Shown here piece after piece: positions 7,991 through 18,023 of a stretch of DNA of 64,000 nt (its first letter is position 1; every line of letters begins with the position of its first letter). The DNA comes from a virus, in IMG/VR virus record IMGVR_UViG_3300037420_001273, one strand, 5' to 3'. The notes below the pieces were generated by a model. That model did no database searches and was not told the origin of the DNA. It saw nothing but the letters and a program-made list of their open reading frames with translations. The translations under genes and the position numbers were made by a program.

Positions 7991-9986
7991 CCTCAGCGTT
8001 CAGTGGAATATCTGCACACCAGGCCGGTGGCGTGCGCATCACCTTGACCATGAAGTCGACGGCCTTCTGACCAACGGCCTTCTTCGCCAATGACACGACC
8101 TCGTCGTGCGTGGTCATGACAACCTGGTACACCTTGTCGATCGCGAGCAGCTGGCCCATCACGACGATCTTGGCCAGCGCCTGGACGATGTTCTCGCACA
8201 GCTTGCCGCCGTACAGCTTCGTAACGCCGTCGCGTGAGTCATAGACCCACGCATGTTCGAACTCTTCATCAGGGATCTGACGCAGGTGCGGGTAGTGCAG
8301 CGTCATGCCGTCAGGCAGATAGACGGTCTCCTTGTCCCAGCTCAAGCACTTCCAGCTGCCGGCGCGACCGACAGCCATGTCGGAGATGATCCGCTCGCAG
8401 ATCTTCCAGCCGATCTGGATCTTGCTGTTCTTGCGGCGGTATGCCTGCACCGCCATGCGGCACGTGTTCTCGTCGAGGAACACCGGCGGGCCCATCGTGC
8501 CGAGCGCGAGCGTGTTCTGGAACTTCTTCCAGGCCGCCTGGTAGCCGAGCATGAGCACGGCGACCTTGCCGACGAAGCGCTCGTCCTTGTCGCTCTTCTC
8601 GATACGCCGGCCGTAGATCTTGTCGCTCTGCTTGCAGTACGGGTCGCGGTCCGTGTGATTGTCCGCGTCGCGGAACTCCTGCAGCAGGTCGAGCTGGTCC
8701 CACAGCCACGCATTCATGCGTGCTTCGATCTGGCTCGAGTCGCACACGGCCAGGACATAGCCCGGCGGGGCTTTGATCGTCTTGCGCAGCTCGCTGCCGC
8801 GGCGCAGGTTCTGGAAGTTCGTCCCGTCACCGCCTCCGAGCCGCTTGGTGTGCGCGCCGGCGTATTTGTAGTACACCGGCAGGGGCAGTCCGTTTGCACC
8901 GAGCTTGAGGAACGTCGCCGCGCGGGTCTCTGTCCCGCTTGACTTCACCATGAGGCGCGCTTCGACCAGGTCGCGCACGCGGTCGTTCGAGTTCTCGAGC
9001 AGCTCGGTGAAGTCCAGGTCCGTCTTGCTGAACGCGTAGGTGTACTTCTTCGCGTCGTCACGCTGATCCTTGGGCTTCTTGATCCACGCCGGGCTGATCT
9101 TCATCGGCGGCTCGATGCCCTCGGCGCGCAGCAGCTCGGCGTAGCGGTCAGAGCCGATCAGCTTCTTGACGCGACGGATCGTCAGCTGTTCCTCGGTCGC
9201 CGTGGGCCCGAGCTTCTTGCGGTCCTCGCTGGTCAGCTTGATGTCTGCGGCCAGGTCGGCGAACGAGAGCAGCAGGGTGCGCTTGCGTTCCAGCTCGCGC
9301 TCGAGCTCTGCCCGGCAGCGGGCTTCGTCGAGCTTGAGCGCTGGTTGCGTGTACATCCGGCAGATGATGTGGATGAGCTCGAGCTCGTCGGCCGGCATCA
9401 TCGGGAGCATCTGCTCGAAGATGCGCCGGGTCTCCTCGCCGTCCTGCATGCAGTACAGCATCGCGCGCTCGAGCTTCGCCTTGTCCTTGGCGAGCTCGGC
9501 CCAGTGCATGCCTTTGAAGTCCTCGGTGCCGCTGGCTGCTTTGCCGCGGCCACCCAGGAAGCGAGCCACTTCGTCCAGGCCCGCGCCGATGGAGTTGCTG
9601 AACAGCCCGCGTGCCATCGACAACGTGCAGTACAAGCGCTTGGGCTTGATGCCGTAGTGGTGGCTCAGGATGAGCCCGTCGAACTGCGTGTGGTGGCACA
9701 GCAAGCTGTGCGTCTCCCACGGGATCTTGCGCAGCTCGGTGGCGATCTTCGGGCCTGGCACGACCTTGGCGGGCTTGTTGCCCACCTGCAGGTACACCAT
9801 CAGGGCTTCGAAGCGCGGATCGCGCACGTACTGCGACGTGGTCAGCTTCTTGAGCGTGTACGTCTCGTCATAGAACGACTCGAAGTCCAGCGTGACGAGC
9901 CGCGACCAGTCGACTTTCTCGGTCGGGAACACCGGCCGCTCGATCACGAGCGACGCCGGCTTCTTGATGGCGGAGGACCAGCCCAT
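7962..9986 (-). CDS. family A DNA polymerase with 3'-5' exonuclease domain
   Basis: Start moved to ATG 9986 (MGWSSAIKK...). Exo motif LDFESFYD; pol motif A CDSSQIEARMNAW; motif B RFVGKVAVLMLGYQAAW; motif C TTHDEVV. Confidence 0.9.
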   Translation of the reverse strand: MGWSSAIKKPASLVIERPVFPTEKVDWSRLVTLDFESFYDETYTLKKLTTSQYVRDPRFEALMVYLQVGNKPAKVVPGPKIATELRKIPWETHSLLCHHTQFDGLILSHHYGIKPKRLYCTLSMARGLFSNSIGAGLDEVARFLGGRGKAASGTEDFKGMHWAELAKDKAKLERAMLYCMQDGEETRRIFEQMLPMMPADELELIHIICRMYTQPALKLDEARCRAELERELERKRTLLLSFADLAADIKLTSEDRKKLGPTATEEQLTIRRVKKLIGSDRYAELLRAEGIEPPMKISPAWIKKPKDQRDDAKKYTYAFSKTDLDFTELLENSNDRVRDLVEARLMVKSSGTETRAATFLKLGANGLPLPVYYKYAGAHTKRLGGGDGTNFQNLRRGSELRKTIKAPPGYVLAVCDSSQIEARMNAWLWDQLDLLQEFRDADNHTDRDPYCKQSDKIYGRRIEKSDKDERFVGKVAVLMLGYQAAWKKFQNTLALGTMGPPVFLDENTCRMAVQAYRRKNSKIQIGWKICERIISDMAVGRAGSWKCLSWDKETVYLPDGMTLHYPHLRQIPDEEFEHAWVYDSRDGVTKLYGGKLCENIVQALAKIVVMGQLLAIDKVYQVVMTTHDEVVSLAKKAVGQKAVDFMVKVMRTPPAWCADIPLNAEGGYAVEYSK

Positions 9987-9991
9987 GCGAC

Positions 9992-10405
9992 TCAGTGTTC
10001 TTGTAGCAACAGCATGACGACGACATCGACCGGTGCAATCAACCCGTCGATCGCGAGCTCGAACGTCCACGTGCCTTTAGGGAAGTCCGTGTACTCGATA
10101 GTTCTCGTCCACGCCGCCGGCTCGTCATCTGCCGAAGAAAGACTGAGCACTGCCGTGTTGTTTGAAGCCACGGCGATCGTCAGCATTCCGGTCGGGTTGC
10201 TTCTCGCTTCCCAGTCGCGCATGACGAGAGGTGCGGCTTCAGTGGCAACGATGTCGAGCAGCCAGTACGCGCCTGCCGATTCAGCCATTGCCTTGACGCC
10301 CTCGGTGTAGATGAACCGCTTGTTGAACGGATGTCGATAGCGGCCGTCGCTGCCACCGAGGTACTGGTCCATGACGGCTTGAAGTTCTTGTGGTGTTGCG
10401 CTCAT
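9992..10405 (-). CDS. DUF6876-like protein
   Basis: 137 aa from ATG 10405. GGSDGRYRHPFNKRFIYTEGVKAMAESAGAYWLLDI matches my memory of DUF6876 (plasmid/phage leading-region family). Confidence 0.5.
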   Translation of the reverse strand: MSATPQELQAVMDQYLGGSDGRYRHPFNKRFIYTEGVKAMAESAGAYWLLDIVATEAAPLVMRDWEARSNPTGMLTIAVASNNTAVLSLSSADDEPAAWTRTIEYTDFPKGTWTFELAIDGLIAPVDVVVMLLLQEH

Positions 10406-10599
10406 TCGTGATCCTCGAGCTGGTTCGACACGGCGTCGGCTGCGTACTGGCACAGGCAGTACTCGTCGACGAGACGGCGGATCTCGTCGTACTCGCGCGA
10501 GCCGTCGTCCATCATCTGGCATGCCTTCTTGCGCGCGAAGTCAGCACGCGTCTGCAGTTTCTCGTGCGCCTTCTTCCTGTCCTCGCTGAGGTAGTTCAT
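10402..10599 (-). CDS. hypothetical protein
   Basis: Track ORF, 65 aa. ATGA overlap with the downstream gene. Confidence 0.4.
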   Translation of the reverse strand: MNYLSEDRKKAHEKLQTRADFARKKACQMMDDGSREYDEIRRLVDEYCLCQYAADAVSNQLEDHE

Positions 10600-10939
10600 T
10601 GCTTGACACTCCTGTGATTCGGTTGATCAGCTTCTTCATCCTCCGGCGCGCGTTTCGGTTCTCGTTGTTCTGCGCGGTTGTTAGTCTCGGCATCTGCACG
10701 TCGCGGCCCACGCCGAGCGAATACATCGCTGCGTAGCGTGTGCTGCCGCGCCCCGTCCCTTCGTGCCAGCCGCTGCGATAAATAGCCTTGCGCTTGTGCG
10801 CTGCTCGGATGTACTCGTACACCGTGTTGATCCGCAGGCCGGTGCGCTCTTGTAGCTCCTTCACCGTGCACGGGCCCTCGCTGAATGCGAGCAGGATCTC
10901 TGCGAACGCGATCGCGTTGTTGTTCGGCGGTCGTCTCAC
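10541..10939 (-). CDS. winged-helix DNA-binding protein (putative regulator)
   Basis: 132 aa. EGPCTVKELQERTGLRINTVYEYIRAAHKRKAIYRSGW is HTH-like. Confidence 0.5.
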   Translation of the reverse strand: MRRPPNNNAIAFAEILLAFSEGPCTVKELQERTGLRINTVYEYIRAAHKRKAIYRSGWHEGTGRGSTRYAAMYSLGVGRDVQMPRLTTAQNNENRNARRRMKKLINRITGVSSNELPQRGQEEGARETADAC

Positions 10940-12417
10940 GCAGCATCCTTGAGATCGAACTGCGACGTAAGACTTGCGAACAAGTCAAGGAGCGTGGTCA
11001 TGCGTTCGTTTTTGCGCATCAAGATGTCGTAGTACACGCGCTGGTCGATCCGGCAGTCGCCGAGCACGACGATCGTCTCGGTCTTCTCCGTCTGGCCGAT
11101 GCGGTGCTGGCGCTTGTTGCCTTGCTTCCACAGCTCGAGGTCCGCCGTCGGCGAGGGCCAGATCGTAGCCGTGCCCTTGGTCAACGTCAGACCGTGCGCC
11201 GCGCTCTTCGGGTGCGCGAACATGACGCGGTAGCGGCCCATCTGGTAGGCCAGCACCATCATGTCCCGCTCCTTGTCGTTCGTCGCTCCGTCGAGCACGC
11301 AATACGTCAGCCCGCGGCTCTCAGCCTCAGCGACCATCAGGTCACGCTGGTGCTGCCAGAGGAAGAACACGAGACTGTGCTTGCGCTGCTCGACCATGTC
11401 GAGCACGAGCTCGTAACGGCTGCTGTCGATGACATGGTAGTTGCCGTCGCTGTCGTAGACAGCGCCTGAGGCGATCTGCAGCAGCTTGCCGGCCAGCACC
11501 GCAGCGTTGAGTGCCGTGAGCGGCACCACGCTGGCTTTCTTGCCAGTGCTCAGGTACTGCTTCATCGCCGCCGGCGAGGTGTCAGTGATCAGCGCAATCT
11601 GGTCGCGCTCCATCTGTTCGTAGACGCGCCGCATCTTCTGCGGCATCTCGAAGTCGACCACATAGTGGTGGTTCGGCGGGATGTCGACGCAGTCCTCGAA
11701 CTTGTGCCGCACGACGATGTCACTGAGCAAGCCGAACACGGCTTCCTCGGCGCCTTCCTTGTCGACCCAGTCGATCATGTGCTGCTGTCGGCCGACTTGC
11801 TCAGGCACGCAGACGCTGTTGCGGAACGCATAGAAGCTAGGTCCGAGACGCTGGCCGCCGTCGAGAATGGCAACCTGGTGCCAGACGTCCGTGATCGAGC
11901 GTCCGTTGGGTGTGCCGGTGAGGCCGGAGCGGTGCTTGAAGTACTTTGCGATCTTCCTGAGCGCCTTGCTGCGCTGGCTGGTGTGGTGCTTGAATGCCGT
12001 GATCTCGTCGACGATCAGCTCGCTGAACTTCTTGAAGAACGCCGGCCGCTGATCTGCGACCCACTTCACTCCGTCCGTGTTCACGATGTAGACATCAGCA
12101 TCGACGGCGAACGCGTGAGCACGGTTGTCAGCGCGGGCGATTGACACGCGCATGTCCGGGGCGAACTTCTTAAAGTCGTTGGCCCATGCGCTCTTGAGCA
12201 GCGAGCGTGGTGCTACCACTAGCGCGCAGCCACCGCCTTTGCGCCGGCGCTCGGCGAACGCCGTGACCCGCACGAACGTTTTGCCGGTGCCGGGGTCGCT
12301 GCAGTCATAGACGACCTCAGTCGTCTTGTCGTGCTTGAGGCTCACCTTCTGGTGCGCCATTGCTTGAGATTTCATGAAGGTGTTTGCGTAGTGCTTCGCG
12401 AGAAGCGGGCGGAACAT
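10936..12417 (-). CDS. SNF2/DEAD-like superfamily 2 helicase
   Basis: Walker A DPGTGKT, DExx box LIVDEITAFKH, motif VI QHRIGQT. The start may be ATG 12375 or 12360 instead. Confidence 0.8.
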   Translation of the reverse strand: MFRPLLAKHYANTFMKSQAMAHQKVSLKHDKTTEVVYDCSDPGTGKTFVRVTAFAERRRKGGGCALVVAPRSLLKSAWANDFKKFAPDMRVSIARADNRAHAFAVDADVYIVNTDGVKWVADQRPAFFKKFSELIVDEITAFKHHTSQRSKALRKIAKYFKHRSGLTGTPNGRSITDVWHQVAILDGGQRLGPSFYAFRNSVCVPEQVGRQQHMIDWVDKEGAEEAVFGLLSDIVVRHKFEDCVDIPPNHHYVVDFEMPQKMRRVYEQMERDQIALITDTSPAAMKQYLSTGKKASVVPLTALNAAVLAGKLLQIASGAVYDSDGNYHVIDSSRYELVLDMVEQRKHSLVFFLWQHQRDLMVAEAESRGLTYCVLDGATNDKERDMMVLAYQMGRYRVMFAHPKSAAHGLTLTKGTATIWPSPTADLELWKQGNKRQHRIGQTEKTETIVVLGDCRIDQRVYYDILMRKNERMTTLLDLFASLTSQFDLKDAA

Positions 12418-12577
12418 CTGTGCGCAGCAGCCAGCGTGTGATCTCGGTGATCTTCTCTTCGCGTGTATGCTTGTTCAGCTCGGCAGTCCAGAACTGGATT
12501 CGTTCGTGCCTTTTCTCTGCCAAAGGACTCAACTCATCCCACGTGGTGATCATCTCAATGCACAAACGGACGTTCAT
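12317..12577 (-). CDS. hypothetical protein
   Basis: Track ORF, 86 aa. Confidence 0.45.
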   Translation of the reverse strand: MNVRLCIEMITTWDELSPLAEKRHERIQFWTAELNKHTREEKITEITRWLLRTDVPPASREALRKHLHEISSNGAPEGEPQARQDD

Positions 12578-12741
12578 TCATGCTCCCGACAAGCCCAGTG
12601 CCCGCCGTTGATACGCACGCAGGCAAGAGACGCCGTGCGGCGCGCTTCAATCTTCTGAGACGGCCTGGTCTCGGTGATGCAGAGCAGCAGCACGAGGTAG
12701 CCGATGATCGCGATCACGCTGCCGGCAACGAAGAGTTTCAT
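12574..12741 (-). CDS. small membrane protein (55 aa, below track cut-off)
   Basis: My translation: MKLFVAGSVIAIIGYLVLLLCITETRPSQKIEARR...REHE. N-terminal TM segment; ATGA overlaps at both ends. Confidence 0.45.
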   Translation of the reverse strand: MKLFVAGSVIAIIGYLVLLLCITETRPSQKIEARRTASLACVRINGGHWACREHE

Positions 12742-12962
12742 GTCCTAAGCCTCTCGGTGACTTCTGCGGCGAGCACGCGCTGGCATGCTTTGCACGTCGG
12801 CGTCTTGCTGGCTTGTCTCGGGTTCACAGGCATGTGTCGGTCGCTACCGCAGCTGCATTCACGACACACGGCTGTGAGCGTGCGCTTGCGGTTCGTCCAC
12901 ACCCAAGTGAGATGCGTCTTCACTTCCTCTGCACTCCGTCTTGACAGTGTCCAGAGCCCCAC
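12738..12962 (-). CDS. small zinc-ribbon-like protein
   Basis: Contains CRECSC...CKAC pairs. The start is uncertain: GTG 12962, or GTG 12923 with a GTGA overlap. Confidence 0.4.
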   Translation of the reverse strand: MGLWTLSRRSAEEVKTHLTWVWTNRKRTLTAVCRECSCGSDRHMPVNPRQASKTPTCKACQRVLAAEVTERLRT

Positions 12963-13627
12963 GGGCCGTAGCCGCAGTACTGGCAGCTGAACACGTTCGC
13001 GTTGGTCGGGAACTCCGTTGCCGTGGTGATCTGCATGCCGCGGCGGTGAAAGTTCGACTTGAAGCGCAGCGCCTGGTCGCGCGTGAAGACCTTCTTCGTC
13101 GTGTCGTTCTGGTCGAAGTACCAGAGCTCCGTCTCCACCACCTCGAGCTTCGGGTAGCGCAGCACGGCGTTGAGCGCGTACAGCGTCATCTGTTCACCGT
13201 GCTTGACCTCGTTGCCGAACTTGCGGCCGGTCTTGTAGTCGATGACCGTGGCGTAGGTGTCGTCCCAGAACACGGTGGCGTCGAGCTTGCAGCGGTGCCA
13301 GGCCGTCTTCCAGTCCGTCGGCTCCCACTCGTGATCGACAGCCCACTCGCCTTCGCAAGACACCAGGCCCTCCGCGTAGAGCACGCGCAACAGGTCGAGC
13401 TCGGGACCGAAATGCTTGGATGCCTCGGGTGCAAGGAGGTCGCTCTCGCCCTTGACGTACAGCTCCGCGCTGGCGTGGATGCGGGTGCCACGGTCGTTCG
13501 CGTGTTCCGTCTTGCCGGGAGGCAGGGGACGGACCGGCTCAGGGATGCGCTGGTCGCGCATGAGCCAGACGCGGTGCTTGCACTTGTCCCACTCAGCGAG
13601 GATGGAGTGACTCCAGGACTTGAGCAT
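12920..13627 (-). CDS. Cas4/RecB-like PD-(D/E)XK exonuclease with Cys cluster
   Basis: 235 aa. N-terminal Cys (WDKCKHR), core ...VIDYKTG..., C-terminal CQYCGYGPWGSGHC. Confidence 0.7.
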   Translation of the reverse strand: MLKSWSHSILAEWDKCKHRVWLMRDQRIPEPVRPLPPGKTEHANDRGTRIHASAELYVKGESDLLAPEASKHFGPELDLLRVLYAEGLVSCEGEWAVDHEWEPTDWKTAWHRCKLDATVFWDDTYATVIDYKTGRKFGNEVKHGEQMTLYALNAVLRYPKLEVVETELWYFDQNDTTKKVFTRDQALRFKSNFHRRGMQITTATEFPTNANVFSCQYCGYGPWGSGHCQDGVQRK

Positions 13628-13641
13628 GTTGGAGTGTCGTA

Positions 13642-13667
13642 GTTAGATCGAAACACGATCTTAGACC
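13642..13667. promoter_or_regulatory. TTAGATCGAA / TTAGACC element (18-bp phase)
   Basis: GTTAGATCGAAACACGATCTTAGACC lies 15 nt from the ATG of 12920..13627. Confidence 0.6.
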
Positions 13668-14311
13668 AAAACACCCTCGGATTCATAGAGGTGGCGAGCG
13701 ACTGCGGGGATGCGCTGAACGAAGCGTTCTTCGGTCCAGCACCAGCGCCTTTCGGCGTACTTCATCGTGTTCGCGATGGAGCTGATGTCGTTGATCTCGA
13801 AAGCGTGGGCAAGGGTACTGTGCAAACCCCAACTGCTGACCCAGTGTTCCTTGTCTGTTAACTTCGACGCCACATACGCAACCTTGAAGATCTCTGTGAT
13901 CTTCGCGATCAGTGCCTTGCGCCTGGCGGAGTCGATCTTTTTCCGCACCGGCGGGTCGAGCACGATGATGCTTCCGGCGGCATCGATCAGCAGGCGGCTG
14001 GTTGTATCGAACCTAGCGCCTTTGATTTTGCTCAGCGTGAACACGGTGCCGCCAGTGATCGATCGCTTTTTGCGGTCGAACTGCAAACCGACGTAGCTGC
14101 CGACGCGTCTGTCCCAGACAGCACACTGTGCGTATTGCTTGAACGGCGGCGGAACCGTGACGATGATCTCGCCGTTGGGCTTCCACCGCAGCGTCTCGTG
14201 CTTGTCGTACAGCAGCAGGATGTCGTCGTTCTGCGCACGAACGAGACAAGTGCAGTAGCTGAGCGGGCAGCCGATTGGGCCGCAGCGAGAGGACGCGTTG
14301 TTGTAGTTCAT
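13661..14311 (-). CDS. hypothetical protein
   Basis: 216 aa from ATG 14311 (MNYNNASSRCGPIGC...). ATGA overlap with the upstream small ORF. Confidence 0.55.
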   Translation of the reverse strand: MNYNNASSRCGPIGCPLSYCTCLVRAQNDDILLLYDKHETLRWKPNGEIIVTVPPPFKQYAQCAVWDRRVGSYVGLQFDRKKRSITGGTVFTLSKIKGARFDTTSRLLIDAAGSIIVLDPPVRKKIDSARRKALIAKITEIFKVAYVASKLTDKEHWVSSWGLHSTLAHAFEINDISSIANTMKYAERRWCWTEERFVQRIPAVARHLYESEGVLV

Positions 14312-14481
14312 TTCTTCTTGCCGACCAGGTCGAAGCAACTCAAGAGCGCGAACAAGTTCAAGCCGAACCAAGCCGTTGTGATCGCAACGGCTTGGAACGA
14401 GACACCTGGGACTTCAAGCGAAGCGCCCCAGATGATTCCTGTCAGCACGAAGTTTGCGGCGAACGTGATGAGATAGAACAT
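14308..14481 (-). CDS. small two-TM membrane protein (57 aa, below track cut-off)
   Basis: My translation: MFYLITFAANFVLTGIIWGASLEVPGVSFQAVAITTAWFGLNLFALLSCFDLVGKKK. Confidence 0.45.
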   Translation of the reverse strand: MFYLITFAANFVLTGIIWGASLEVPGVSFQAVAITTAWFGLNLFALLSCFDLVGKKK

Positions 14482-14483
14482 AG

Positions 14484-14870
14484 TCAGAGTCCCAAGTCCG
14501 CGAGGTATTCGGCGAAGAACAGGCGCGTCCAGTCGGCTAAAACGGGGTCTTCTCCGTCAGCTTCGAGAACCCAGTTGCTGCCGGCCATGTCCATGAAGAG
14601 CTCAACTTCTTCAGGTAGCTCGCCGCTGTCAGTGAAGAGAGCCATGTCGCGGAAGGCAGTGCTCACCGGGCCGTACTGAAGATGTTCGTCGTCGGGGTGG
14701 ATACGCCACGAACCTTCGGGGCCGGGCAGCGCAAGGACGTCAAGAGGTATATCAACGTCGCGCCAACCATCGTCATTCTCTGTGCGCTCATGCATGTACC
14801 CTACCGCCACATAGTCACGCTGGATGCGTGCACCGCGCGCTGCGGCGAATTGCATTCGTTTGAGGTTCAT
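14484..14870 (-). CDS. hypothetical acidic protein
   Basis: Track ORF, 128 aa. Confidence 0.5.
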   Translation of the reverse strand: MNLKRMQFAAARGARIQRDYVAVGYMHERTENDDGWRDVDIPLDVLALPGPEGSWRIHPDDEHLQYGPVSTAFRDMALFTDSGELPEEVELFMDMAGSNWVLEADGEDPVLADWTRLFFAEYLADLGL

Positions 14871-14872
14871 CG

Positions 14873-15993
14873 TCAGAGCTCCAGACGGACCGTTTCACCC
14901 CACGGGCCTTGCGTGTCGGTAGTAGCGCACCAGAGCACCGGGAACTGCACCGGCGCGTCGGGGAACGCGCCGTACATGTCGGTCAGGTAGATGAGCGCCT
15001 TCGGCTCGATGCCGTGCTTTTCGAGCCAGCGGAACGGGGGGCGGAAGTCAGTGCCGCCACCACCATGCGGCTTGACGAAGAACTCGTCCTCGGGGAGGAA
15101 CTCGTCGACGTGGTTCACCGCAGCGTCGCAGTACATCACGATCGTCTTGCGCGGACGCACCTTGCTGCGGATGTCTTCGATCTCGGTCGCGAACGCAGTC
15201 AGCGTGGCCTGGTCGATCGAGCCGGAGGTGTCGATGACGGTGACGAGCTCACCCATCGACTCACTGTACATGCCGGGCAGGATGAGGCCGTGCGCGAGCA
15301 TGCGCCGGTTCGGACGCGACCAGCTGTAGTCGTCTTTCGTGCGCTCGGTGACGAAGCGACGCAGCACGGCGCGCCAGTCGACCTTGCTCGCGGTGAGCTC
15401 ATCGACGAACCGCTGCAGCGACGCAGGCAGTTTGCCTGCAGACTTGGCTGCATGCGCGGCCTGCATGACAGCGTCACGCCACTCGTCCCGTTGCGCCTCG
15501 GCCTCGTCTTCGTCGCCGCTGCCGTCCAGGACGACGTCCTGGCCTCTGTCGCCCTCGAGTTGGTCGGGCAGCAGGTTGTAGATCTGGTCCGCGGTGAAGT
15601 TCTTCCACGCCGGGTTCGGCTGGACCCAGTGCTTACCGAGCTGGAAGCCGGCGTCGACGATCATGTCATTGACGACATAGTCGGCGGCGATGTTCCACTT
15701 CGCCGCATTGCGCGAGCCACGGCGCGTCATGTGATCGAATACGCAGTGGCCGACCTCGTGCGCGACGGCGCTGCGCAGCAACGGGATCTCGGTCTCCATG
15801 ACGAACGTCTCGTCGTAGTAGATCGTGCTGCCGTCAACGGCGAGCGTCGGCTTCAGGCCGCGCGACTTGAACATCGCGTGCGCTTCGGGCGGCATCGGCG
15901 TGAGCTTCAACCGAAGCGCCAGGGCGCCGAAGAACGGTTGCTCGATGAGCAGCGTGGCTCGGGCCTTGACCAGGCGCTTCAAGACTTGTTCGT

Positions 15994-15997
<4 letters not shown>
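14873..15997 (-). CDS. putative metallopeptidase (HExxH) + von Willebrand A (VWA) domain protein
   Basis: 374 aa. AHEVGHCVFDH in the N-terminal half; MIDAS DxSxS (VIDTSGSID) in the C-terminal half. DUF2201/VWA-like layout, the usual partner of MoxR ATPases. Confidence 0.8.
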
Positions 15998-16301
<304 letters not shown>

Positions 16302-16305
<4 letters not shown>

Positions 16306-16541
16306 TTGCGCTGTCTGTAGGAACAGTTGATGATGAACAACACGGCTGCCGTGTTGAGCTTCACGGTGCCACACTTATCGAGAACGGTGCTCGATGTAGG
16401 ACCGTTCAAAGCGATCTCGCCGAGACCCTTCGTAGTGCCCCAATTGCGGACGACGCTTGCCTTCTCGAGTGTCTGCGCGTCAGCTTGTAGCTCTCCAATG
16501 AGCACCCAGCCGTTCGTGAGCACCACGATCTTCTCGTTCAT
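16302..16541 (-). CDS. hypothetical conserved phage protein
   Basis: 79 aa (MNEKIVVLTNGWVLIGEL...VRNWGTTKGLGEIALNGPT...). ATGA-coupled. Confidence 0.55.
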
Positions 16542-16753
16542 TTCGTCAACCTCAGTTGAATGACTTTGGACACGATCTCCTGCGCGTGCGGGAGAACTTC
16601 AGCGTTCTTTTCGATGTGGGCGATATACTTGATGCGTTGAGAAGTTCTCCACCAGTTGCAGTACATCTGAGCTGTTTTGCCGAACATGTTCGGTTTCTCG
16701 ATAGCAAGCGCTGCCAGCGCATGAGCGTAGAGATTGATCTTGTCGTGGTTCAC
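16538..16753 (-). CDS. hypothetical protein
   Basis: Track ORF, 71 aa, ATGA-coupled. Confidence 0.5.
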   Translation of the reverse strand: MNHDKINLYAHALAALAIEKPNMFGKTAQMYCNWWRTSQRIKYIAHIEKNAEVLPHAQEIVSKVIQLRLTK

Positions 16754-17001
16754 TGCAGCAGCTTCTTCGTGACTTCGTTGATCTCGTACCAGTCGCTTGC
16801 GAGTACCTCTTCGAATTCCGCGAGTAGGGCCTGCGCTTCAATGTCGCCGTTAGACGCCATCCGAACGCAGTCTCTGAAATCGTTGAAATGCGTGTCTGCG
16901 AGAGAAACGAACTTTGACTCTCCTGGGCGAAAGCTTTTGATCCTGTAGACCAGGTGCTTCCACGTCTCCAGTTCACGCTCAGTAACGAGTGCCTTCCTCA
17001 T
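16750..17001 (-). CDS. hypothetical protein
   Basis: Track ORF, 83 aa, ATGA-coupled. Confidence 0.5.
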   Translation of the reverse strand: MRKALVTERELETWKHLVYRIKSFRPGESKFVSLADTHFNDFRDCVRMASNGDIEAQALLAEFEEVLASDWYEINEVTKKLLQ

Positions 17002-17198
17002 GACTTCAACTTCTCTGCGACTTGGAACGCGATCCAGCGCTCGTTGATCTCCAGTGCACGCGGCACACCGTCGGCTAGATCTTGTTCGAAGATCTCAAGG
17101 TCTTTACTCCACGAACGCGCGCTGGCTGTGTATTCATCGCCTTGAGATAAATCTGAGCATATCCAGAAATTTCCCCAGACGAACCACTGTTCTTTCAT
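16998..17198 (-). CDS. hypothetical protein
   Basis: Track ORF, 66 aa, ATGA-coupled. Confidence 0.5.
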   Translation of the reverse strand: MKEQWFVWGNFWICSDLSQGDEYTASARSWSKDLEIFEQDLADGVPRALEINERWIAFQVAEKLKS

Positions 17199-17482
17199 TC
17201 CGTCAGCTTCGCAATCACCAGGATGTAGCGCAGCTTCTCCTCGAGCGTGAGGTTTGCTGGAACGTCAAACACGTCCGGGTCGTTTTCTTGCCAGCTACGA
17301 AATTTGCCCCCGCGGCACCACTTGTTCGACTGTGCAGAGAAGAAGAATTTGTTGTCACCGTACACATAGCTGTAGAGCCTGTGTTCATCCCAGTTCCATT
17401 GCCCAGGTATCTGCGCTTTTTCGTGGCCTACGGTCAACAGACCTTCGATCGGCTCTGGAGCCGGGTCCTGGACCCACTTCAA
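17195..17482 (-). CDS. hypothetical protein
   Basis: Track ORF, 95 aa, ATGA-coupled. Confidence 0.5.
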   Translation of the reverse strand: MKWVQDPAPEPIEGLLTVGHEKAQIPGQWNWDEHRLYSYVYGDNKFFFSAQSNKWCRGGKFRSWQENDPDVFDVPANLTLEEKLRYILVIAKLTE

Positions 17483-18021
17483 TGCATTTCGCTCGGTTGC
17501 GGCGACAGCGACATGCGCCCGGTCACGCGCTCGTCAGGGTTTTCGCCGATCACGATCGGCTCACCGTCGGCCTTGCCCTTGTCGTCGAACGCCTGCGTCA
17601 TCAGCGTGGTGTGTCCGGCCGTGTGCACCTGCACCATCAGGCAAGTGCGCGAGCCGGGCAAGCCGTGGATCGAGCCGTCGTAAAACGGCTTGTCGCTGCG
17701 CATCATGCTGCCTTCGGTGAGCACGATCCCGGCCACGATCTTGTCCGCTTCGAGCATTTCGCGGATGCCCTGGAGGGCGAAGTCCTTGCCGTTCGGCGTG
17801 TTGAGCAGCTTCGGCATCAGCCCTTCGGGCGCGAACTCGCCGCACACCTTGCCGTCAACGTCGTCAAAGCCGACGACCAGGAACATGTCCGGCTCGATCG
17901 TGGCTTGGTCCGCGGCGGTGTTGGGTACCCAGTTCTCTTCGAAACACTGCGTTGCTGCGGCGAGCATCTCGCGGGCGAAACTCATCAGCGTCTTGCGCTG
18001 GTTGTCGGTCATGACGCGCAT
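17479..18021 (-). CDS. hypothetical protein
   Basis: Track ORF, 180 aa; coding-like frame. Confidence 0.55.
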   Translation of the reverse strand: MRVMTDNQRKTLMSFAREMLAAATQCFEENWVPNTAADQATIEPDMFLVVGFDDVDGKVCGEFAPEGLMPKLLNTPNGKDFALQGIREMLEADKIVAGIVLTEGSMMRSDKPFYDGSIHGLPGSRTCLMVQVHTAGHTTLMTQAFDDKGKADGEPIVIGENPDERVTGRMSLSPQPSEMH

Positions 18022-18023
18022 GT

